Origin: Synechococcus sp.
GTDB taxonomy: Bacteria > Cyanobacteriota > Cyanobacteriia > PCC-6307 > Cyanobiaceae
Reading direction: 5' to 3'
Length of the DNA: 64,000 nucleotides
Assembly (NCBI GenBank): GCA_047285535.1
Contig: JBJBDC010000001.1
Location: 608,136-672,135, forward strand
Part shown: positions 1 to 8,712 of the stretch, one piece after another
Numbering within the stretch: the stretch's first letter is position 1
Layout of the letters: every line of letters starts with the position of its first letter
Made by a program: the position numbers and the translations under genes
The notes under the pieces: generated by a model
The model's database searches: none
Told to the model about the DNA's origin: nothing
What the model saw: only the letters and a program-made list of their open reading frames with translations

Positions 1-235
1 TGTCTGTCACTATGAACTCAATCTCACAGATTTGACGCACCATCAACCGGATGCGTGGGCTCAGATCATGATTGTTGCGAAAATAACTACGAACTCGGCT
101 ACGCAATGTTTTTGATTTGCCGACATAAAGCAATCGATCTTCAGCATCGCGCATGAGATAACACCCTGGTTCAGCAGGGATTTCCTTCAAGCGCCGCTCA
201 AGGCGCTGCGGTTGCTCAAGCAAAGGACGCTGCAT
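1..235 (-). CDS. uvrC: Excinuclease ABC subunit C, 5' part (runs off the window start)
   Basis: Manual translation from ATG 235: [52 protein letters not shown]..., the GIY-YIG N-terminus of UvrC; not in the ORF track. Confidence 0.95.
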   Translation of the reverse strand, partial: MQRPLLEQPQRLERRLKEIPAEPGCYLMRDAEDRLLYVGKSKTLRSRVRSYFRNNHDLSPRIRLMVRQICEIEFIVTD

Positions 236-290
236 TAGCTGAATCTAAAGACCTTGCTCTGCATAGGATCCAATGAGTACTGCATGGCTG

Positions 291-773
291 ATGCGAGCTC
301 TTTATCCGGGCAGTTTTGATCCACTGACTCTGGGACATCTCGATTTAATCGAGCGCGGTTCAAGTCTTTTCGGCGAGGTGGTGGTTGCTGTTTTGCAGAA
401 CCCGGGAAAATCACCGGCTTTCAGTCTCGAGCAAAGAATCGATCAAATTACGAAGGCGACGTCTCATCTCAAAGGAGTCACGGTGACCAGCTTCAACGGG
501 CTCACTGTCACCTGTGCTCAGCAACAACGGGCGGACTTGATTTTGCGTGGACTCAGAGCGATGAGTGATTTTGAGTACGAGCTCCAGATTGCCCACACCA
601 ATCGATCGTTGGACTCTGAATTTGAGACTGTTTTCCTTAGCACCGCTGCCCACTACAGCTTTCTTAGCAGTTCGGTTGTGAAAGAAGTGGCCAGGTTTGG
701 AGGTCAAGTTGACCATATGGTTCCCACAGTGGTGGCGGAAGACCTCAAGAGGTTCTTTAATTCGGCTTTATAA
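291..773 (+). CDS. coaD: Pantetheine-phosphate adenylyltransferase
   Basis: [20 protein letters not shown] (HxGH-like), [25 protein letters not shown]; start taken at ATG 291. Confidence 0.97.
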   Translation: MRALYPGSFDPLTLGHLDLIERGSSLFGEVVVAVLQNPGKSPAFSLEQRIDQITKATSHLKGVTVTSFNGLTVTCAQQQRADLILRGLRAMSDFEYELQIAHTNRSLDSEFETVFLSTAAHYSFLSSSVVKEVARFGGQVDHMVPTVVAEDLKRFFNSAL

Positions 774-783
774 GCCAGTTGTG

Positions 784-1734
784 ATGAGCGAGATTCGCTT
801 CACCGTGCTCGATCAGCTCGACCAGCTCGAGGAAATTGTCCTTGAAGGCAATCGAATCCCTTTCAGTGGGGGCAGGCTGGTCAACGAGCAGGATGCAATC
901 GAGATCTTGGATAACGTTCGAGCATCATTGCCTGGGCAGGTTGTTCAGGCAGATCAACTGCTGCAAAAACGAGATGAATTCATTTCATCGGCACGTAGTC
1001 AGGCCGATGAGATTGTTCAAAAAGCCCAACAGCAACGTGAACAACTTGTCAGTGCCGCGGCCGTGCGACAGGAGGCTGAGCGTCAAGTCAACGAGATGCG
1101 GGATCAGGTTCGCCAGCAATGCGAACAGCTTCTCCAGGGTTCCCGTCAGCAGGCCGCGCAGATGGAGCAAGACATGCAGTCAAAGCAGGCCCAATTGGAA
1201 CAACAATTTGCTGGCCGTCGGCAGCAGTTAGAACAAGAGGCCCTTCAACGCCGTCAACAACTTGATCAAGAAGCGCTTGAACTTAAGCGCCAATTGTCTG
1301 AGGCCCATGAACGCAATCGTCAGCAATCTGTTCAAGAGTTGGAGCAGATTCGCCACGAGGGAGTCAAACTACAGAAGGATGCACAATCTGAAGTCGAGCG
1401 GATCCATCAAGACGCTCTTCAGTTTCGACAACAGACTCAGCAACAATGTGAATCGTTGATCCAGCGCACGCGTCAAGATGCAGCCTCTGTTCAAGATGGT
1501 GCCAACCGTTATGCGGAGCAAACGCTTGGTGAGCTTGAACAAAGGCTGAAAGAGATGTCCCAGGTGGTTTTGGCGGGTCGACAGGAGCTCGTCAAAATTC
1601 AGATGATTCGACCTGAAGGCCTTCATCATGCAACCGACAGACCTGAATCCAACACACGCAATGGGAAATTTGAATCCATCAGCAAGGCTCGACGCGCAGC
1701 GTCTCGCCTCAAGTCACTGAAGGGCACGGGCTAA
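784..1734 (+). CDS. cdv3: DivIVA-like coiled-coil cell division protein (Cdv3-like)
   Basis: N-terminal LDQLEEIVLEGNRIPFSGGRLVNE, then a long Q/E-rich coiled coil; directly after coaD as is usual in cyanobacteria. Confidence 0.7.
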   Translation: MSEIRFTVLDQLDQLEEIVLEGNRIPFSGGRLVNEQDAIEILDNVRASLPGQVVQADQLLQKRDEFISSARSQADEIVQKAQQQREQLVSAAAVRQEAERQVNEMRDQVRQQCEQLLQGSRQQAAQMEQDMQSKQAQLEQQFAGRRQQLEQEALQRRQQLDQEALELKRQLSEAHERNRQQSVQELEQIRHEGVKLQKDAQSEVERIHQDALQFRQQTQQQCESLIQRTRQDAASVQDGANRYAEQTLGELEQRLKEMSQVVLAGRQELVKIQMIRPEGLHHATDRPESNTRNGKFESISKARRAASRLKSLKGTG

Positions 1735-2983
1735 GCCTGAACACTGCTCTCAGAATCTGGCCGATCGTGGCATTCGGTCGGCTTGCACCGTTTGAAATCA
1801 TGCTCACATACCGAGGTCCATCCTGGGTTTGGAGTATCCCGGAAATCGATCGCACACCGCTGATTGTTCCTGTTTTTCCCCAGAATTTCCCCTCGATCGG
1901 AGAACCGATGAAATAGTTGCGAAGAGTGCCTCGTCGTCCTGCAATGGCCATCGAGGCTTGGTAATAAGAGGCATAGGGATGTTGATCCATACGCATTAGC
2001 AAGGCAGCGATGGTTTGGCTTGAAACGCGATTATTACGCGAAAGGCCGCTCCCATCGGCAATTCTTAGCCCCTCTACTGGTATCCCTTGTTTCTGCATCC
2101 AAAGGTGCGCAGCAGCCGAAGCCGCTCTGACATCCCATTGGTCTGAGGCCTGTCTTAGCAGCACTTCTGCGGTGAAATTATGACTTTCAGTATTCGCGAG
2201 ACTCAGTAGAGCATGCATTGGTGCAGAGGTTTCCTCATGGAGGACGATGAGCGATTCTGTCTTGTTTGAATGCTGCATCTCCGGTTTGGGTAGAGCCTGT
2301 CTGACCTCGATGGTTCCGCCACGACGTTTCACCTCTTTTTTAAAAAGTGTCTCTAAACGGCGATAGGGATCACTAACCGCGCCTCCCAATGAATTGCTGG
2401 TTAAGGCAAGTCGAGTTATCGGTGCCCCATAGGCATAGGCGCGATCAGCAGGGTGCCAATCACTAGGCCACCAGTTTCGTCGAGGTTCCTCCCTGACCAT
2501 CAGGTTCACAGCTCCAGTGGAAGTACCTCTTGCACCTCCCTGCCCCATTGCTGCCAAAGCAAAACGTTGGAGACCTGCAATCCCTAGATCCGGATCACCT
2601 TGCCCCTTGAGCTCAAGAGTGCCATCAGGTCTTTGCACTAACTGGGTACGCAAGCGAAAATCTGGACCTAATTGGTCCAGCGCGAAGGCTGTACTGATGA
2701 GTTTTTGGTTGGATGCTGGAATGCGAGCCTTCGCACCATTGATGTCACTCAGTAAATCACCATCACTGTTGACAACTGATACGCTCCATGCGTTTGAAAC
2801 TGGATCAAGTAAGCGATTCAATGCTTGTTGAAGAGAAGCACAAGATCGTCCAAGTTTTTTAAGTTGAGGAAAAGGCTGACCAGAAGGGGGCTCTGGCAGC
2901 GAGAGAAAAGAAGGCTCTGCTGCGACTGGTAGTGAGGTTGTGCTGGCGAGTGCCAACGACAGGATGAGTACGGCCTTTTTCAT
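1709..2983 (-). CDS. dacB: D-alanyl-D-alanine carboxypeptidase/endopeptidase (PBP4, peptidase S13)
   Basis: Signal peptide; PASNQK (SxxK), SHN (SxN), DGSGLSR and KTGT motifs. Confidence 0.93.
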   Translation of the reverse strand: MKKAVLILSLALASTTSLPVAAEPSFLSLPEPPSGQPFPQLKKLGRSCASLQQALNRLLDPVSNAWSVSVVNSDGDLLSDINGAKARIPASNQKLISTAFALDQLGPDFRLRTQLVQRPDGTLELKGQGDPDLGIAGLQRFALAAMGQGGARGTSTGAVNLMVREEPRRNWWPSDWHPADRAYAYGAPITRLALTSNSLGGAVSDPYRRLETLFKKEVKRRGGTIEVRQALPKPEMQHSNKTESLIVLHEETSAPMHALLSLANTESHNFTAEVLLRQASDQWDVRAASAAAHLWMQKQGIPVEGLRIADGSGLSRNNRVSSQTIAALLMRMDQHPYASYYQASMAIAGRRGTLRNYFIGSPIEGKFWGKTGTISGVRSISGILQTQDGPRYVSMISNGASRPNATIGQILRAVFRLSPCPSVT

Positions 2984-3495
2984 TGAACCTTCACACCACT
3001 GACTGTTCCATTGATGCGGTAAAGGGGGCCTTCAAGCTCCACAGGTGTGCCGACTTTTAACTTGGTACCGGCAAGAACGATGCCTGATTTCGAAACCGTT
3101 GCATCGCCTTCGAGAACAAAGCGAGCATTCAACGTGCTATGGGTGGTCCGGTTTGGATCGGGTGCTGTCACCACACTTCCATCCGGTTGAACAGCTGCAA
3201 GAACACGCGTGATGTCGTCGATGCGAATCAGCCTGACGCTTCCTGCGGGCTGATTTCGAATGATGATGCTTGTTCGACCGGATGCAAGCGCGTTGTTAAT
3301 CAGACCCTCAGGATCAGCAGCACTGAGACGACGAACGTCCACCATGACTTCGACAGGTTTGACCGACCCGGTTGCCTTCGCAAATGTGTTGCTTAGCTTC
3401 GGACTCCAAAGCACACCCCCAACGGCAAGCAATGCGATGAGTCCAGCAGTTGCATCAAGAGGTGACAACCCTCTCAAGCGGTCTCTTAAAGCCAT
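2980..3495 (-). CDS. Conserved cyanobacterial membrane-anchored protein (DUF4330-like)
   Basis: N-terminal TM helix; IIIRNQPAG and GTKLKVGTPVELEG motifs; 4-bp overlap with dacB. Confidence 0.75.
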   Translation of the reverse strand: MALRDRLRGLSPLDATAGLIALLAVGGVLWSPKLSNTFAKATGSVKPVEVMVDVRRLSAADPEGLINNALASGRTSIIIRNQPAGSVRLIRIDDITRVLAAVQPDGSVVTAPDPNRTTHSTLNARFVLEGDATVSKSGIVLAGTKLKVGTPVELEGPLYRINGTVSGVKVQ

Positions 3496-3541
3496 ACCGG
3501 TTGTGTGGACTTGACCACACTAAAAGCGTTATCTGAGAACA

Positions 3542-4255
3542 TCAACCTCGCAGATCGTCAATGAAGCGATCTACAGCACCAAGTTGACGACCAAAACTAT
3601 CGTTCTCGCCGTTCAGCGCCAGGGCAATTGTTTCTGCATCTGGTTTTGAAGGCATTGCGCAGAGGAATCGATAACCATCTGGATGGGCTTTGAACAAATT
3701 CCAGAGGTCCTGTTCAGTTTGTAGTAATGCCCCCTCAGAAAGTGGCTCCAAATGGAAGGCAGATTTCCAGATTGAGAGAAAGCCTTGCCTTCGGCCTCGG
3801 GCAACACTGCCAATACCTACTCCGGCGTCTTCAAGTTTTCCATTAATAAGCACAACAGGTCCTTGCCATCCATTGCAAACACTTTCAATCATTTCGTAGT
3901 CGGTTGGTTGCGGTCCAATCACCAAAAGCAAGCGATTATTCAGCTCAGGATCAATACCGAGCGATAAATCCTTGAGTGCCAGGCAGTGGGAAGAGAGTTC
4001 ACCGCTTTCTCTCTTGGCAAGAGCAGCTGATCCGGCATCAGGCCAAGCAATCATCAACTCATATCCATCATTTTTTAGTGCAGTTGCGATGCGAATGACT
4101 GGCATCAAAAGCCTTAGTCCCTCAAATCGCCAGGTCACCGTCCAGCGTTGATGCTGAGATTGAGCTAGAGAATTTTTTAAGGAGTCGAGGGTCATCGCCT
4201 CGGCTTGTAGAAGATCGGCGGGGAGGAAGACGGCCAAACTGTCCTCGAAAGTCAT
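3542..4255 (-). CDS. DUF1995-family protein
   Basis: LPADL, WPDAGSAALAKR, NGKLED and VGIGSVARGRRQGF motifs; start moved to ATG 4255. Confidence 0.8.
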   Translation of the reverse strand: MTFEDSLAVFLPADLLQAEAMTLDSLKNSLAQSQHQRWTVTWRFEGLRLLMPVIRIATALKNDGYELMIAWPDAGSAALAKRESGELSSHCLALKDLSLGIDPELNNRLLLVIGPQPTDYEMIESVCNGWQGPVVLINGKLEDAGVGIGSVARGRRQGFLSIWKSAFHLEPLSEGALLQTEQDLWNLFKAHPDGYRFLCAMPSKPDAETIALALNGENDSFGRQLGAVDRFIDDLRG

Positions 4256-4268
4256 TGGTGGACGGTAC

Positions 4269-5465
4269 TTAAACGGCAGAGAGATTGTTTTCCAGAAGAT
4301 CGATCGCCCGTTGAATACGGTCATTGATCAGAGCCAGCTCCGATGGATCAATCCAGTAGCCAAGACTGAGCCGCAGCCCTGATCGCCGCCACTGAGGTTT
4401 AATTCCCATCGCTTCAAGGACTTGGCTATCACTGTCCTGACCAGATGTGCAAGCGCTGCCACTACTGGCTGCGACGCCTTGAAGGTCAAGAGCACGTACC
4501 AAGGCACGCCCAGACATTGGCTGACCACGTCGATCGCAGATCAGCAACGAAAGATGATGAGGAAGACGATCAATGGCATGGCCACTGAGATGGATTCCAT
4601 CTCTTTGACAAAGCATTTCAAGGAGGCAATCGCGTAATGATGCGATTCCTGATCCTGCTTCATTGATTTGATCTGCCTGACAGGGTCCGATTTCCTGCAG
4701 GGCAGCTGCCATTCCTTGTGCCAAGACCGGGGATTCAGTTCCAGCGCGAAGACCATTTTCTTGTTGCCCTCCCGCAAATAAGGGCTTCATCCTTTCCACC
4801 ATTTCATGTCTTAAGAGCAACAAACCGATACCTCTAGGACCACCACATTTGTGACCAGAGGCCGTCAAGAGGTCCACTGGAAGATCACTCCAGCTTGGGC
4901 AGCCTTGGCTCAGGACTTGGGAGGCATCAGTATGAAAGGGTATCTGTAGCGAACGACAGGCTTGACCCACGACCTGGATCGGTTGAATCGTTCCAACTTC
5001 GCTCTGCCCCCAAATCAAGGAAACGAGTTTTGTGGGAGGCTCAAGCAATCGATCCAGATGCTGCATCTGAATCCGGCCAAAGACATCTACTGGCCATGTT
5101 TCGACTGTCCATCCCAACGCGTTTAATTGTTGTGCAGCAGCATTAACAACGGGATGCTCAACAGCAGAAATGACCAGTCGTCCTGGAGATTCTCCCTTGG
5201 CCAGTCCAAGCAACGCGAGATGCGCCGACTCGGTAGCCCCAGATGTAAACACGATTTCTGATCGATCAATGTGAAGCGTTTGACCGATGGAAAGGCGTGC
5301 TCGCTCCAATGATTCAGCTGCATCACAACCGATGCGATGCAGACTTGATGGATTACCCCATGACCCATTCTGCGCATCCAGCATGGAAGACTTCGCGCTT
5401 TCTCTAAGGGGCGCTGTGGCACATCCATCAACATAGAAATAACGCTCTTCAGGATGAGCCATCAC
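4269..5465 (-). CDS. Cysteine desulfurase (class V PLP enzyme, IscS/NifS-like)
   Basis: GNPSSLH, FTSGATES, HTDASQ, SGHK (PLP lysine), SSGSACTS (catalytic Cys). Confidence 0.92.
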   Translation of the reverse strand: MMAHPEERYFYVDGCATAPLRESAKSSMLDAQNGSWGNPSSLHRIGCDAAESLERARLSIGQTLHIDRSEIVFTSGATESAHLALLGLAKGESPGRLVISAVEHPVVNAAAQQLNALGWTVETWPVDVFGRIQMQHLDRLLEPPTKLVSLIWGQSEVGTIQPIQVVGQACRSLQIPFHTDASQVLSQGCPSWSDLPVDLLTASGHKCGGPRGIGLLLLRHEMVERMKPLFAGGQQENGLRAGTESPVLAQGMAAALQEIGPCQADQINEAGSGIASLRDCLLEMLCQRDGIHLSGHAIDRLPHHLSLLICDRRGQPMSGRALVRALDLQGVAASSGSACTSGQDSDSQVLEAMGIKPQWRRSGLRLSLGYWIDPSELALINDRIQRAIDLLENNLSAV

Positions 5466-6606
5466 GATTCAATCGGGACAGGGTTCGTGCTTCTAATGAT
5501 TCACTTGCAATGTTGATGATGTCGTCCAGAGAAGTGGATGATAAAAATTGCTGGACTCGAGCTTGATCCTCATCACTTAGGCACTCATCTGGGTCGACGG
5601 AGTCATCGTTGCAGTCCGTTGAGCTGTCCGTGCGTTGAGGTTGAGTTGTTTGCGGCGTGGAGTTCTCAACACTGTTTGTGTTTCCTTGGTCTTCAAAAGT
5701 TGAAGACGTGATCTCTGTCTGCCTTGTTTGAGTGGATACTGTTTCTGGCAACAAGTCAGGATTAAGGACACCATCGAAGACCGAGACAGCTGGTCCAGTC
5801 ATAAACACTGATCCTTTGGAATCAGGCCAACTGATCTCAAGAGCTCCTCCAGGTAGCCAGACCTTGGCCTCACAGTCAGATAATCCAAGCAAGGTAGCGG
5901 CAACAAGCGTGGCGCAGGCACCCGTGCCACAGGCAAGGGTTGGACCAGCACCACGTTCCCAAATGCGTATACGAAGAGTCTGTCGATCAATGACTTGCAA
6001 GAAGTGAACATTTGTCTTTGCTGGAAAAAAGGAATGCACTTCTAATTGGGATCCCCAATGATCAAAAGGAATGGCTTCGATGTCTTCTACAGGAACAACC
6101 ACGTGAGGATTCCCCATGCCAACAGCAGCAAGCTGATGTTTTATGCCATCAAGATTGATCTCTCCTTGAGGAAGTCCAGAGCTGCCTGTTGAGAGTGTTG
6201 TGGGTATCTGATTGGGATCAAGGAAAGGCAATCCCATATCGACCCTAATCTGACCATCCTCCTGGAGTTCGGGGACAATAACGCCTGCCATGGTTTCCAT
6301 TCTCCAAGTTCTTCCAGGCTGATCCCCATCACTATCAGCAAGGAAACGGGCTAGGCAGCGGATGCCATTGCCGCACATCTCAGCTTCACTTCCATCCGCA
6401 TTAAAAATGCGCATCCTTAGTTCTTCGCCATGCTGTGCAGGCAGGGCCAAAATCAAACCATCTGCGCCAATGCCAAATCGGCGATCACACAGCTGGCGAA
6501 CCCAAATGGGATCTGGATCTCTGATATTGATGGGTAGTTGACCTGCGCGACCCTCCAACAGCACGAAATCGTTGCCTAAACCCTGATACTTGCTGAACGA
6601 AAGCAT
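5449..6606 (-). CDS. dapF: Diaminopimelate epimerase with acidic C-terminal extension
   Basis: KYQGLGNDF, EMCGNGIRC, GNPH, ERGAGPTLACGTGACA; start ATG 6606 (MLSFSKYQG). Confidence 0.96.
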   Translation of the reverse strand: MLSFSKYQGLGNDFVLLEGRAGQLPINIRDPDPIWVRQLCDRRFGIGADGLILALPAQHGEELRMRIFNADGSEAEMCGNGIRCLARFLADSDGDQPGRTWRMETMAGVIVPELQEDGQIRVDMGLPFLDPNQIPTTLSTGSSGLPQGEINLDGIKHQLAAVGMGNPHVVVPVEDIEAIPFDHWGSQLEVHSFFPAKTNVHFLQVIDRQTLRIRIWERGAGPTLACGTGACATLVAATLLGLSDCEAKVWLPGGALEISWPDSKGSVFMTGPAVSVFDGVLNPDLLPETVSTQTRQTEITSSTFEDQGNTNSVENSTPQTTQPQRTDSSTDCNDDSVDPDECLSDEDQARVQQFLSSTSLDDIINIASESLEARTLSRLNRDGSS

Positions 6607-6647
6607 GGACTCAAACTCCAGTGATGAAAGGGGCTCTAGGCTGCTGC

Positions 6648-6669
6648 CTAGGCCCAAGGTCTAGGCCCA
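6648..6669 (+). repeat. Left-end tandem 9-mer CTAGGCCCA-aggt-CTAGGCCCA (putative integrase arm-type sites)
   Basis: Matches 9948-9969 at 19 of 22 positions. Confidence 0.65.
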
Positions 6670-7673
6670 TAACTTGATTCGAAAACGCCAATCAATAGAT
6701 GAAGCAATTTAGGAGAACAGGCCCGCGAGGTAGTCTGAATCGCCACTGGGGATTCTCATTTGCAATTCGTTCTTGAGAATAAGCCCTCCATTTCCTCCTG
6801 CATCGTAGATACAGCCTGGAGTCTTAGGGAATAGGTGGTCCTAGATCTGGATAGTTCATCCGGGAATACTCCTTCTCTCCTTCCTGTTTGTCTGTCTTCC
6901 GTTGAGCTTTCTCTGTTCCCAGCTCGAGGCACTGCACTTGCCGATCGATCTAAGCCTCTTGGCCGGCATCCAGGTTGCGCAGCTCACGAGCTACTTGCTG
7001 GGCCAGCAGTTGATCTTCAGGAAGTTGTAGTGATGGTCATAGTTTTTGTCCTTAATAGGGGCTTGTTGTTGTTTTCGTTGGGTTTCTTCAGCGATCAGAT
7101 CTTCCAATCGTTAGATGAGTCTGACCATCTTGTCCTTTTCCTCCATCAGTTCATCGTTGATGTACTAAGAAGGAAGGTCTGGGTGTTTGAGGCAGTTCTT
7201 CGTGCTCCGTAGTGAGAGCCGTGCTGCCTTGAGTCGTGTCCTTCGCAGAACTAATGACTCGTTCTTGCGGATTGCCATGGAATTTGTTGTGTACATTTGG
7301 TGTCATGAAAGCCGCTTGACAGGGCTTGACCCGAGGCAAACGGAAGGCAAGAAAAAAGCCTCATAAAGCGAGCGCGAGGAAAACACGAGGTGCTTGAGCT
7401 TTAGGCACCCTATGGAAAGGATGGTGAAGCTAAAGAAAGCATCAGCATTAACCACTCAAAACTCGAAATTTTGGATTTATTCCCGAATAATGAGGCTCTA
7501 GAAAGACAATCAATATGAAGTTAAATCAACCATTTATCTTGCGAGCAGAGCAGACTATGCGGCATTTTTTATTCTCCCGCCAAGAAAAAAATAATGCAAA
7601 TTATAAGAAATGTTGGATAGACTTGTTTTCGATTGAATCTTGAAGCCAGGCTGTAGAAGAGTTTAGATTCCCA

Positions 7674-8183
7674 ATGAGAAAAACAATGCGTATTGGCGTC
7701 AGGACTATCACAATAGCTTTGGCAAGTTTGCTTCCTTCTTTTGCTAGCCCAGCGGTTGCTTTTGAACTAAACCTAACTCAACCAATACAGCCTCGTGTAA
7801 CTAAACCAATTGAACCTCCTCGATATCAAGACACTCCTGTAGTTACTCAACCTCCTGTATATCAGCCTCCTGTATATCAACCTCCTGTAGTTACTCAACC
7901 TCCTGTATATCAGCCTCCTGCATATCAACCTCCTGTAGTTCATCAACCTCCTGTATATCAACCTCCTGTATATCAACCTCCTGTATATCAACCTCCTGTA
8001 GTTCATCAACCTCCTGTATATCAGCCTCCTGTATATCAGCCTCCTGGGTATCACCGCCCCCATTATCCAACTATTCATACTTCAACTCCAGGGCCTTATT
8101 CGCCTCCACAGCTTGATCCAAATCAGCCATATAGGGAGCTTGGAAGGAGTTTAGGTCAGCTGTTCAACCAAATGCTGCAATAA
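7674..8183 (+). CDS. Secreted proline-rich repeat protein (PPVYQ repeats)
   Basis: Basic N-terminus, hydrophobic core and AVA cleavage motif; intact frame through 14 repeat units; non-repetitive amphipathic C-terminus (YRELGRSLGQLFNQMLQ). Confidence 0.8.
   Translation: MRKTMRIGVRTITIALASLLPSFASPAVAFELNLTQPIQPRVTKPIEPPRYQDTPVVTQPPVYQPPVYQPPVVTQPPVYQPPAYQPPVVHQPPVYQPPVYQPPVYQPPVVHQPPVYQPPVYQPPGYHRPHYPTIHTSTPGPYSPPQLDPNQPYRELGRSLGQLFNQMLQ
7833..8054 (+). repeat. Coding tandem repeat of 15/18-bp units (CARCCTCCTGTATAT; CAACCTCCTGTAGTTACT/CAT)
   Basis: Read directly; encodes [PPVV(T/H)Q (PPxYQ)2-3] x4. Confidence 0.97.
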
Positions 8184-8288
8184 CATCATCACTATATTTT
8201 TGATGATCTAGGGACTCAGCTCTCGATGCACCTCGAAGCACATGTAAATAATTGCTCTCCAATTGCAGCCTTATCGTATTTCATTTTT

Positions 8289-8310
8289 CCCCGCCACGTG
8301 CGGGGCTTTT
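8289..8310 (+). terminator. Putative intrinsic terminator downstream of the PPVYQ gene
   Basis: CCCCGC-CACGT-GCGGGG hairpin followed by CTTTT. Confidence 0.55.
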
Positions 8311-8320
8311 CTTAGACAGA

Positions 8321-8536
8321 TTAACCATTTGGATAGATGATCTGATAGAAGCGGCCTTCTTCTGGATCTGTTGAGTTATGACCCTCCACGGCCTCCCTTT
8401 TGTCTGAATGACTCAATGGGTTTTCACTCTCCAGCAAGTGATCAGGACCTGGAGGATGCAAGGCGCTAATAAGTTCCGTCAGCTCAAGCAACACTTGAAC
8501 GTTTCTTGATCGCATTGGGCTCATATCTTTTTTCAT
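8321..8536 (-). CDS. Hypothetical small protein in the island
   Basis: 71-aa ATG-initiated ORF downstream of the integrase on the same strand; no recognisable motif. Confidence 0.3.
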   Translation of the reverse strand: MKKDMSPMRSRNVQVLLELTELISALHPPGPDHLLESENPLSHSDKREAVEGHNSTDPEEGRFYQIIYPNG

Positions 8537-8712
8537 GTGCCACTCAATGTGTCAGTTTGGGCGCCCTCGCTAGTGAATGAGGGAAAGTAGTGAGATACAG
8601 CAAGGTCAGCCCTCGAATTGGTGTCCTTTTCCCATCGTTTTGCTGGTGTTTAGGTTTACTTATCCCGTCACCATCTGGGGTTTAAAGGAATTCCAGTGTT
8701 CATGCGCAGCAC

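Noticed and set aside
6835..7212. 125-aa plus-strand ORF in the island
   Set aside because: Reads as antisense of the degraded minus-strand frames.
7833..8054. Possible CRISPR array
   Set aside because: Units are contiguous 15/18-bp coding repeats without unique spacers; no cas genes in the window.
7773..8078. Minus-strand ORF of RRLIY repeats
   Set aside because: Antisense shadow of the PPVYQ repeat; the plus-strand ORF has the signal peptide and non-repeat flanks.
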